In this document: one piece after another, positions 46,073 to 54,114 of the stretch | Numbering within the stretch: position 1 is the stretch's first letter | How the letters are laid out: each line of letters starts with the position of its first letter | Origin: a virus | Lineage: Duplodnaviria; Caudoviricetes | Direction: 5' to 3' (one strand) | IMG/VR virus record: IMGVR_UViG_3300011438_000011 | Coordinates: 1 to 63,007 of that record | DNA length: 63,007 bases | Program-made: the position numbers and the translations under genes | Notes under the pieces: model-generated | The model's input: the letters and a program-made list of their open reading frames with translations, nothing else | Told to the model about the DNA's origin: nothing | Databases searched by the model: none

Positions 46073-46180
46073 GGGGGTCCGCAGCCGGGTGGCCGGCGGC
46101 CGGGTGTCGAATCCCGGTGCAAGACGTTGAGACCCGTCCTCGACCAGCAAGACCTGGTTCGACTCCAGGGGCCCTCACCC
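46073..46180 (+). ncRNA. tRNA-like element (pseudo-tRNA)
   Basis: 7-bp acceptor GGGGGTC/GGCCCTC + ACC; T arm CCTGG-TTCGACT-CCAGG; D-like GCCGG/CCGGC; 8-nt-loop hairpin; about 35-nt variable region. Confidence 0.7.
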
Positions 46181-46207
46181 CGAACAACCAACCAAGGAGA
46201 CCGACCG

Positions 46208-47161
46208 ATGAGTCCGATCACCGATGTTCTCGTGCTCCTGTCCGGTGGACAGGACAGCACCACGTGCCTCGCACTGGCACGTGAGACCTATGCGGATGCG
46301 CGCCTACACGCGCTCACCGTGTTCTATGGGCAGCGACACGCCACCGAGGTCACGTCGGCCAAGGCGATCGCTAACACCCTCGGATGCGCCACCCACACGG
46401 TGCTCGACCTGTCGGCGGTGTTCGCCGCCTCGGACGCGGCGCTCCTGAGCAAGAGCACGGGCCCGCTCCGGGCGGATGGCGGGATCGTTGATGCGGACGC
46501 CCCCAAGGGTCTGCCTACCTCGTTCGTCCCTGGCCGGAACCTCGTATTCTTGTCGGTGGCCGGTGCCCATGCGGCGGCCTTGGGGGCTGGCGTGATAGTC
46601 ACCGGGGTGTGCCAGACCGACTACTCGGGGTATCCCGACTGCCGCCGCTTCTTCGTGGAAGCGATGGCGGTGGCCATCAACGAGGCCATGCCGACCGGGT
46701 TGCGCCCGATCCGGCTGGAAACCCCCCTCATGAACCTCACGAAGGCCGATTCGGTCGCCCTGATGGTCGACCTGGCCAAGCGTGAGGCCAGCCGCACCGC
46801 CTCCAAATGGCAGCAGACTGCCGTGTGGCGCGCGCTCCGGGTGTCGGTCACGTGCTACCGCGGTTCCCGGCCGGGCTGCGCCACGTGCCCAGCGTGCCTC
46901 CTTCGGGCGAAGGGGTTCGAGGAGGCCGGGGTGACCGATCCGATGATGGAGTGGCGGCCCCCCACGATCGGCGAGACGCTCGATCGCGCCGCCCCCGTCA
47001 TGGAGGCGATGGCCGAGATCGATCGCGCCGATGCGGTGCTGGCCCTGGCCCATGCCGATACCGTGGTCAAGCGCCACGAGTCCACCTGCGCCGATTCGTG
47101 GTGCGATGTGTGCTACCCGGAGGCCCAGACCGGTGAGTTCGCGCCGCGGGGGTCGCGATGA
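46208..47161 (+). CDS. queC: 7-cyano-7-deazaguanine synthase with C-terminal extension
   Basis: LSGGQDSTT, YGQRH, VPGRN, DYSGYPDCR, TCY...CATCPAC. Confidence 0.95.
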   Translation: MSPITDVLVLLSGGQDSTTCLALARETYADARLHALTVFYGQRHATEVTSAKAIANTLGCATHTVLDLSAVFAASDAALLSKSTGPLRADGGIVDADAPKGLPTSFVPGRNLVFLSVAGAHAAALGAGVIVTGVCQTDYSGYPDCRRFFVEAMAVAINEAMPTGLRPIRLETPLMNLTKADSVALMVDLAKREASRTASKWQQTAVWRALRVSVTCYRGSRPGCATCPACLLRAKGFEEAGVTDPMMEWRPPTIGETLDRAAPVMEAMAEIDRADAVLALAHADTVVKRHESTCADSWCDVCYPEAQTGEFAPRGSR

Positions 47162-47547
47162 AGACCTACGTGTTCAACGGCGAGCGGTGGCACCTCGACG
47201 ATCGGCCGGTGTGGTGCCGCATCCGGCGCTGGCTCGTGTGTGTCGGCCTCCGAGAGCTCAAGGGCGGGCGGCTGGCGTCGGATGGCGAGCTCACCCCGTT
47301 CGCGGTCTTCGGCCACCGCGCCGTCTTCTTCGGGTATTGGTGCCAGATGCGCACCCCGTGGGGGTGGCTCGTTGTCGCCTTCAAGCGCGACCCGAACGGC
47401 AAGGTGATCCGCCGCGGGTTGCTCGGGCGGCCCGAGGTCGATCACGCGTTCGTGTCGGTCAACGGGACGCCCCAGAACGCCCACACGTGGCTGATCGGGG
47501 CGCCCGGCCACATCGTGAAGATGGTCAACACCCGGGGGGTGGCGTAA
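47158..47547 (+). CDS. Hypothetical protein
   Basis: ATGA overlap; Trp-rich. Confidence 0.6.
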   Translation: MKTYVFNGERWHLDDRPVWCRIRRWLVCVGLRELKGGRLASDGELTPFAVFGHRAVFFGYWCQMRTPWGWLVVAFKRDPNGKVIRRGLLGRPEVDHAFVSVNGTPQNAHTWLIGAPGHIVKMVNTRGVA

Positions 47548-47774
47548 TGGCGACCTATCGCAAGCGTCCTGTCCTAGTCCAGGCGGTCCAGTACGACGGC
47601 CGCATTGATCCACCCGGTGTGTTCCGCGATGCGGACCAGATGCCCTACGTGGTGACCATCCACGGTCAACGGGCCCACCTCGTGCCGTCCGACTGGGTGA
47701 TCACCGAGCCGGATGGCGTCCACCACTACCCCTGCAAGGCCGACGTGTTCGCGGCCACCTACGAGGCCGTGTGA
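47547..47774 (+). CDS. Small conserved phage protein (PGDYG-like)
   Basis: YRKRPVLVQAVQY...SDWVI...YPCKADVFAATYE. Confidence 0.75.
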   Translation: MATYRKRPVLVQAVQYDGRIDPPGVFRDADQMPYVVTIHGQRAHLVPSDWVITEPDGVHHYPCKADVFAATYEAV

Positions 47775-48367
47775 TGCGGAAGGGCAAGATCAAGATCATC
47801 GGCGGTCGGATGGGGCAGGAGCCCCTCCGCGGCCAGGACATCGCCGTCGTGATGGAGCTCGACGATGGCGAGGAAGTCCTCGTGCCGGCCCTGTCCCTGG
47901 TGCTGCGCGTCGGCTCGCGCCATGAGCAAGCCGTCGCCACGGTGGAGGTGCCGGCCGTCCTGCTCGACCTCCACGGGGTGGAGCTGCGCACGGAGGCCGT
48001 GGTCGCCCCGGGTGGTCCCGAGTCCCAATGGGAAGAGGCGCTCGGTCGGCGGCCAGGCCTGCGGATCGCCGATGCGGAGACCTACACCGATCCTCACGTC
48101 GTGGTCGGGGAGCCCGTTCACCCGGTCGTGGGCCCGTTCATGGCGGCCCTGACCAAGGACATGGACACCCAGCTGGCTGTGAAGCTCTTGACCACCGATG
48201 CGGCCGACGACTTCGGCAAGGGCCTGGCGATGGTCGCCGAAGCCGACCCCTTGGCCGAGCTCGACCGCGTCATCGCGGATGGCGGGAGCATCGTCAACAT
48301 CGCCCCCCAAGGGCCCGAGTCCGCGTTCGAGGCGGCGCAGGCCGGTACGGTCAAGAGCCACCCATGA
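47774..48367 (+). CDS. Hypothetical protein
   Basis: Codon pattern and packing. Confidence 0.6.
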   Translation: MRKGKIKIIGGRMGQEPLRGQDIAVVMELDDGEEVLVPALSLVLRVGSRHEQAVATVEVPAVLLDLHGVELRTEAVVAPGGPESQWEEALGRRPGLRIADAETYTDPHVVVGEPVHPVVGPFMAALTKDMDTQLAVKLLTTDAADDFGKGLAMVAEADPLAELDRVIADGGSIVNIAPQGPESAFEAAQAGTVKSHP

Positions 48368-49122
48368 CCACCGTGTACTTCGCCGGGCCCGGTACCAGCC
48401 AGCTCGAGGCCGCGCGGCGGTGGGATTGGGAGAATCGACCGCTCTCGATCCTGGTCTCGTTCGCGTACCTCAAGCAATGGCACTCGGAGCCGTACTTCCG
48501 CCGGCCGAAGTCCATGATGCTCGATTCCGGGGCGTTCACCGCGTACACCCTCGGCCAGGCGGTGGACCATGATGCCTTGCTCGCCGAGACCGCGAAGTCG
48601 AAGTGGGACGAGGCGGTCGGGCTGGACGTCATCGGCGACTGGCAGGGGTCGCGCCGCAATGCCGAGTACGCCCTGTCCAAGGGCATCACCAAGGGGATGC
48701 CGGTCCACCACATCGGCGATCCGTGGGACTTGCTCACCTGGTACTGCGCCAACTTCCCCAAGGTGGGGCTGTCGTGCCGGTTCGGCGAGCCCGTCTCCAC
48801 CTCGCTGCGGTACTACGAGCAATGCTTCGCTCGCGCATGGCCCCACCGGTTCCACTCGTTCGGCTGGGTGGACGAAGACGCCCTCGTGCGCTTCCCGTTC
48901 CATTCGGCCGACGCGGCGACGTGGGGCGTGGCGGGCCCCGCGTTCCGCAACTGGAAGTTCAAGAAGCACGGCAAGCGGGTGCAGATACACCTGTCCGTGG
49001 AAGGGAAGGAGTCCAACACCCAAGGCGTCCAGAACGGCATGGAGGCCATGTGGTCGTTGGAGCAGACCCTAGTCCGTCGGTGGGCATCCACCCTCACGGC
49101 CGTCAACCCGGAGACCCCATGA
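48364..49122 (+). CDS. dpdA: DpdA-like (TGT-fold) deazaguanine DNA transglycosylase
   Basis: MLDSGAFT, LDVIGD, PVHHIG, FHSFG, SADAATW motifs; embedded in the que cluster; subtype not assignable by eye. Confidence 0.75.
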   Translation: MTTVYFAGPGTSQLEAARRWDWENRPLSILVSFAYLKQWHSEPYFRRPKSMMLDSGAFTAYTLGQAVDHDALLAETAKSKWDEAVGLDVIGDWQGSRRNAEYALSKGITKGMPVHHIGDPWDLLTWYCANFPKVGLSCRFGEPVSTSLRYYEQCFARAWPHRFHSFGWVDEDALVRFPFHSADAATWGVAGPAFRNWKFKKHGKRVQIHLSVEGKESNTQGVQNGMEAMWSLEQTLVRRWASTLTAVNPETP

Positions 49123-49502
49123 CCAAGTACGCTCCCCGTCACCTCGGCAAGCAATCAGAGCGGTCCGTTCGCCGACTCGACCTCATCGGCTGGACCCACG
49201 GTGCCATGACCGTGCGGCTCGAGTGCTCCGAGTTCACGTCGCTGTGTCCGGTGACCAAGCACCCGGACTTCGGGCAGCTGTCCATCGAGTACGTGCCGGC
49301 CGGCGCGATCGTCGAGACCAAGAGCCTCAAGCTCTACCTCCGGCGATTCCGGTCCAAGGCTGAGTTCAACGAGGTGATAGTCGCTACCATCGCCGACGAG
49401 TTCTATAAGCAAGTCCGGCCGCGTCGGGTGACGGTCACCGGCCGGTTCAACGTGCGCGGCGGGATCAGCCCGATCGCGATCGCGACCCGAGGCGAGCCGT
49501 GA
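49119..49502 (+). CDS. queF: NADPH-dependent preQ0 reductase (unimodular QueF)
   Basis: EFTSLCPVT..PDF (catalytic Cys/Asp), QueF motif ETKSLKLY, RGGI. Confidence 0.88.
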   Translation: MTKYAPRHLGKQSERSVRRLDLIGWTHGAMTVRLECSEFTSLCPVTKHPDFGQLSIEYVPAGAIVETKSLKLYLRRFRSKAEFNEVIVATIADEFYKQVRPRRVTVTGRFNVRGGISPIAIATRGEP

Positions 49503-49792
49503 GCGACGACGCGTCGATCATCCGGCTCAAGACGCGGAGCGAGCTCGTCGCGGCTGCCGAGCGCGAGTACGAGGACCAGGCGCACGCCACGGCGGTCAAG
49601 ATGCTCGAGGACGCGCTCGACTTCGTCAAGGGCCAGACCGATCGTCGGGTGACGGGGGTGGCCATCGCTTTCGCGTTCTCGGATCGGGCGTACGCCAGCC
49701 ACATCCCGACCGACGCCGACAACTACGGATCGCTGATCGCGGCGGTGGATGACTGCCACTACCGACTACTCAAGCATACCAACGAAGGGTGA
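49499..49792 (+). CDS. Hypothetical protein
   Basis: GTGA overlap. Confidence 0.6.
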   Translation: MSDDASIIRLKTRSELVAAAEREYEDQAHATAVKMLEDALDFVKGQTDRRVTGVAIAFAFSDRAYASHIPTDADNYGSLIAAVDDCHYRLLKHTNEG

Positions 49793-49793
49793 T

Positions 49794-50432
49794 ATGAAGA
49801 CCTACTCCATCGTCAAGGTGTTCGGGACCATCCAAGGGGAGGGCAACCTCGCCGGCACCCCGGCCGCGTTCGTGCGCTTCGCCGGGTGCAACATGTGGAG
49901 CGGGCTGGAGGAACACCGCGAGCGGGATTCCGCGCGGAACGAGGCCGAGTGTCCGCGGTGGTGTGATACCGACTTCCGGGCGCGCGAGCGCGCCACCGCG
50001 GCCGAGATCGCCACCCGGGTCAAGGCACTCGGCCCCCGGCGCCTGGTCGTGCTCACCGGTGGCGAGCCGATGCTCCAGGTGGACGACGAGCTGCTCGACG
50101 CCCTCGCGCCACTCTACGTTCGGGTGCAGATCGAGACCAACGGGACAACCGAGCCCAACTTCCAGTACCACAACTTCGTGTACGTGACGGTCTCACCGAA
50201 GGTGGCGAAGTCCCGAATCCGGCTGCTCCAGGCCGACGAGCTCAAGCTCGTGTGGCCGGCCTACGCGCCCGAGGACTGGTCCTCGTTCGTGGCGCACCAC
50301 CGGTTCCTCCAGGCCCAGGCCGATCCCGATGGCCGGTCGCCGGACGTCGAAGCCCGGCTCGTCGAATACGTGCAGACCCACCCCGAATGGCGCCTGTCCC
50401 TCCAGACCCACAAGTTCCTCGGAATCGAGTAA
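49794..50432 (+). CDS. queE: 7-carboxy-7-deazaguanine synthase (radical SAM)
   Basis: TIQGEG, FVRFAGC, CDTDF, TGGEP, ETNG, VSPK, LSLQTHK. Confidence 0.93.
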   Translation: MKTYSIVKVFGTIQGEGNLAGTPAAFVRFAGCNMWSGLEEHRERDSARNEAECPRWCDTDFRARERATAAEIATRVKALGPRRLVVLTGGEPMLQVDDELLDALAPLYVRVQIETNGTTEPNFQYHNFVYVTVSPKVAKSRIRLLQADELKLVWPAYAPEDWSSFVAHHRFLQAQADPDGRSPDVEARLVEYVQTHPEWRLSLQTHKFLGIE

Positions 50433-50436
50433 GCCC

Positions 50437-51015
50437 ATGACCGACACCACTCACGAGTACGGCTCGCTGCTCATCTCCACCGCGGCGATCGACACCGTCC
50501 GCGACCTCCTCACCGACCTCGGAGCCAAGGTCGAGCGCGAGACCCCGCGGCGGATGCTGCGCGCCCTGCGCGAGCTCACCGAGGGATACAACGCCGACAT
50601 CACCAAGCTCCTGAAGACGTTCCCGTCGCCCAAGGACCCTGGGATCGTCTCAGTCGCCGATATCACGTTCGCCTCGTTGTGCGAACACCACGTGCTGCCG
50701 TTCACCGGCACGGTCTCGGTGGCGTACATCCCCGGCGATCGGGTGGTCGGGCTGTCGAAGATCCCGCGGCTGGTCCGCGCGGTCACGCGGCGGCTTCAGC
50801 TCCAGGAACGCATCGGCCAAGAGATCGCCGATGCCCTGGTCACCGGTCTCACCCCCGTCGGGGTGATGGTCGTGGTGAAAGCTCGACACACGTGCATGGG
50901 GCTGCGCGGCATCGAGTCGCCTGGGGAGATGCGCACCTCGTGCGTGCGGGGGGTGTTCGCCGATGACGCCCCCGCGCGCGCCGAGGCGATGGCGCTGATG
51001 GGCATCCGCGCATGA
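50437..51015 (+). CDS. folE: GTP cyclohydrolase I
   Basis: ETPRR, SLCEHHVLPF, GLSK, LQER, HTCM. Confidence 0.95.
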   Translation: MTDTTHEYGSLLISTAAIDTVRDLLTDLGAKVERETPRRMLRALRELTEGYNADITKLLKTFPSPKDPGIVSVADITFASLCEHHVLPFTGTVSVAYIPGDRVVGLSKIPRLVRAVTRRLQLQERIGQEIADALVTGLTPVGVMVVVKARHTCMGLRGIESPGEMRTSCVRGVFADDAPARAEAMALMGIRA

Positions 51016-51524
51016 GCACCGGGTCTGGCAGGCGTACGCGGCTCGAGATGGAGGCGATCTACGCCGACGTCGAGGACCATCTTGTCCGGCTGCCGGAAGG
51101 TCGGGTGAAGGCCCAGCTCGTCTCGAAGTACAAGGTCCACGCGTCCACGGTGGGGAAGTGGATCCGCGAGGTCTACGCGCGGTTCAAGGCGTCGGCCAAG
51201 CCCGACGAGCTCCGTGAGGACCGGCGAAACCTCATGCGGCTGCGACTCGAGACCATCCAGTCGATGGCCGTCAACAAGTCAGTGGTCCTGCGCACCCCTG
51301 ACGGCAAGCCGGTGATGGATCCCAAGGACCCCACCAAGCCGATGAGGATCGCGGCGCCCGATCTGAAGAACGCCCTCGACGCCTGCAAGCAGCTCCGCGA
51401 TCTTGACGGGCTCGACGCCCCCATCAAGGTCGAGACCACGACCGACGGCAAGACCACGACGACCTTGGTCCTCGGCGACGACGATCGCAAGGCCCTGGAG
51501 AGCGCCCTCAAGGGCCTGAGCTGA
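51012..51524 (+). CDS. Terminase small subunit
   Basis: N-terminal HTH-like region, GLDAPIKVE motif, directly upstream of TerL. Confidence 0.7.
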   Translation: MSTGSGRRTRLEMEAIYADVEDHLVRLPEGRVKAQLVSKYKVHASTVGKWIREVYARFKASAKPDELREDRRNLMRLRLETIQSMAVNKSVVLRTPDGKPVMDPKDPTKPMRIAAPDLKNALDACKQLRDLDGLDAPIKVETTTDGKTTTTLVLGDDDRKALESALKGLS

Positions 51525-51527
51525 CCG

Positions 51528-53216
51528 GTGATCAGCCCGGCCGATCACGCGAAATTGACCGAGGTGCTGCCCGAGGTACTCGGGCGGTCCTTGGCCGGCC
51601 GGCCGCGCGCCAATCACCAGTACGAGATCCCGCCGGGGCTCGACATCGGCGGGCTCTCGGCGAAGTCCCTCGAGACCCTGGCGTCGATGCTCGAGGTCTA
51701 CGGCTCGCTGCCGTTCGTGGGGCGCGGCAAGGATCTCTCGAAGCTCACGGACAAGGCGCTGCTCGCGATCTCGCGGACGCTCGAGGAGCTCCAGATCCAC
51801 GAGGCCCGGACGTCGCCGGCCGCGTTCGTCCAGTACTGCTTCCGCCACGAGGAGACCAACTCCGTCATCGAGAACGCGCCGCACCACATGGAATGGCACG
51901 AGTTCTTCGACGCCAACTCGCGGGCGATCTTGTTCGCACCGGTCGAGCACGCGAAGACCCAGCACATCGCGGTGGGGCGGGCCCTGTACACACTCGGCAA
52001 GGACCCGAACAAGCGCCTCGCCATCGTCTCGAACACGTTCGACCCCCACGCCACCAAGATCCTGCGGTCGATCCGCACCCACATCGAGACGAACCCGCGA
52101 GTCCACCGGGTCTTCCCGAACCTCAAGCCGAGCAAGCTCGACGGCGATCCGTGGGGGCAGTCGGCGATCACGGTGGAGCGCACGACCATCGCCAAGGACC
52201 CCTCCGTCCAGGCGCTCGGATCGTTCGGACCGATCAACGGTTCACGGCTCGACGGGATCATCCTCGACGACATCTTGAACTACGAGAACACCCGGACCCC
52301 CGAGCAGATCCAGAAGGTGATCGGGTGGCTGGACGCCGAGGTTCTCACCCGCGTCACCGAACACGGGTTCATCAACTGGATCGGCACGCCATGGCACCCC
52401 GCCGACCCGATGCACGAGATCGCCAAGCGGGCGGCTTGGGTGTCGAAGCGGTACTCGGGGGTGGTCAATCCCCAGTCCCCGATGGACCAGTGGGTCCCGT
52501 TGTGGCCGAGCCAGTTCTCAGTCGAGCGGCTCAAGCGCATCTACGACGGCACGACCCCGATCAACTTCGCACGCAAGTACCTGTGCGAGGTCCGCATGGA
52601 CTCGGCCTCGCGGTTCCAGCAGGCGTGGATCGACCACGCGCGCGACCTGGGCCGGAACCACCGCCTCTACGATCGGCAGCCGCACGGAGCGAACGGCCAC
52701 CCGTGGCCGTGCTTCACCGGAGTCGACCTCGGGATCGGCCAAGGGGAAGGCCATGACCTGACCGTCATCTTCACGCTCGCCCTCGACGAGCGTAAGCGCA
52801 AGGTGGTGTGCGAGATCCAGGCTGGCCGGTGGCCGGCTCCCGAGATCGTGCAGCGCATCCACTCGACGGTGTTCCGGTTCAACAGCCAGGTGTATGTGGA
52901 GGACAATGCAGCCCAGGCGTTCATCGCGCAGTGGGCCGGCAACGACGGGCTGCCAGTGCGCGGGTTCACGACGACGAGCGGCAAGAAGTACGATGAGCAC
53001 TTCGGGATCGAGTCGGTGGCGGTCGAGCTCCGAAACGGGGGCTGGATCATCCCGGCAACCGCCTCGCCCGAGATCGACGCGTGGGTCCACGAGATGCTGT
53101 TCTACACGCCCGACTCGCACACGGGCGATCGCCTCATGGCGTCGTGGTTCGCCCGCGAGTGCGCCCGCGCGGCCGGCGCGCCGATGTTCCGCACGATGGA
53201 CTCGATGTCGCGATGA
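51528..53216 (+). CDS. terL: Terminase large subunit
   Basis: PVEHAKT Walker A, IILDD Walker B, IGTPWH, GVDLG and GDRLMA nuclease motifs. Confidence 0.92.
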   Translation: MISPADHAKLTEVLPEVLGRSLAGRPRANHQYEIPPGLDIGGLSAKSLETLASMLEVYGSLPFVGRGKDLSKLTDKALLAISRTLEELQIHEARTSPAAFVQYCFRHEETNSVIENAPHHMEWHEFFDANSRAILFAPVEHAKTQHIAVGRALYTLGKDPNKRLAIVSNTFDPHATKILRSIRTHIETNPRVHRVFPNLKPSKLDGDPWGQSAITVERTTIAKDPSVQALGSFGPINGSRLDGIILDDILNYENTRTPEQIQKVIGWLDAEVLTRVTEHGFINWIGTPWHPADPMHEIAKRAAWVSKRYSGVVNPQSPMDQWVPLWPSQFSVERLKRIYDGTTPINFARKYLCEVRMDSASRFQQAWIDHARDLGRNHRLYDRQPHGANGHPWPCFTGVDLGIGQGEGHDLTVIFTLALDERKRKVVCEIQAGRWPAPEIVQRIHSTVFRFNSQVYVEDNAAQAFIAQWAGNDGLPVRGFTTTSGKKYDEHFGIESVAVELRNGGWIIPATASPEIDAWVHEMLFYTPDSHTGDRLMASWFARECARAAGAPMFRTMDSMSR

Positions 53217-53232
53217 AGGTAAGCTCCGCGTC

Positions 53233-53751
53233 ATGCAGAACTTCAGACCGATACGAACGCTCGCGCTCGTGGTCATGCTCGCCATCGTCGGATGTGGGGC
53301 ATGCGCCACGAGCAACACCGCCCTCCGAGGTCACAGCCTCGCGGCGCAGACCCTCGACGACCTCGCCGCTGGCGCGAAGGTCACGGCGCTCGACATGCGC
53401 CAGGCAGCCCTCGACAAGGCGGCCGTCGACGCGCACAAGGCCGGCAAGATGGGCGACGAGCTCACCGCCGAGGTCCAGAAGGCGGCCGTCGCGTTCGACG
53501 CCGGGCCGGTGATCGGCGCGGTCAACGCGTTCATCGCCACCAAGGACCTGTACGTGCGGGCCGTGCTGGTGGCCGCATCGAAGGACTCGCCGACCTGGGC
53601 CGACGTCAAGCCGATGCTCCGGGGCGCCATCGCTGCCTACACCGCGATGCGCGACGCTCTCGGCAAGCCCGACAAGATGCCCCCGGTCCCGACGGCGATC
53701 ACGGACCTCCTCGTCGCTTACGTCCCGCGCACCCAGGAGGTGATGTCGTGA
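53233..53751 (+). CDS. Putative lipoprotein
   Basis: Signal peptide with lipobox-like AIVGC. Confidence 0.6.
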   Translation: MQNFRPIRTLALVVMLAIVGCGACATSNTALRGHSLAAQTLDDLAAGAKVTALDMRQAALDKAAVDAHKAGKMGDELTAEVQKAAVAFDAGPVIGAVNAFIATKDLYVRAVLVAASKDSPTWADVKPMLRGAIAAYTAMRDALGKPDKMPPVPTAITDLLVAYVPRTQEVMS

Positions 53752-54008
53752 AGGTCGCCGATATCCTCAACTCGGTGGCGATCGGGCTCGACGCGGCCGA
53801 CGCGGCGATCACTGACCCGGCCGGTAGCGCCGTCACGAAAGGGGCAGCGATCCTCGTGCGGCTGGCCGCGGCGATCGCCACCGACCGCACACCGGAGGAA
53901 GCGATCGTGCTCTTGGAGCACGTCCGCGACCACGGGACGCTCCCCATCAGCGCCGCGGAGCTGGACGCCCAGGTCAAGGCGGCCGTGGACAAGGCCAACC
54001 GCGGCTGA
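53748..54008 (+). CDS. Hypothetical protein
   Basis: GGAGGTG RBS; GTGA overlap. Confidence 0.65.
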   Translation: MKVADILNSVAIGLDAADAAITDPAGSAVTKGAAILVRLAAAIATDRTPEEAIVLLEHVRDHGTLPISAAELDAQVKAAVDKANRG

Positions 54009-54037
54009 TCGAGCCACGGTCAAGCGGTGCAGGTTTT

Positions 54038-54059
54038 CGGCCCCGACGTGGGGCCGTTT
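54038..54059 (+). terminator. Possible intrinsic terminator
   Basis: CGGCCCC-GACGT-GGGGCCG then TTT. Confidence 0.45.
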
Positions 54060-54083
54060 CCCGTTCGGCCGACAACAGGTGTG

Positions 54084-54103
54084 TCCGTTGTGGGTACGTG
54101 ATA
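54084..54103 (-). promoter_or_regulatory. Operator motif (inverted) upstream of portal
   Basis: Minus strand reads TATCACGTACCCACAACGGA. Confidence 0.55.
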
Positions 54104-54114
54104 AGAAGGAGCCC

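Noticed and set aside
46070-46207. preQ1 riboswitch upstream of queC
   Set aside because: No preQ1-I stem with A-rich tail is visible; the region folds as a tRNA-like element instead
46208-51015. Host queuosine tRNA-modification operon (auxiliary metabolic genes)
   Set aside because: No queA/queG or canonical tgt; a DpdA-like gene and terminase linkage favour DNA modification
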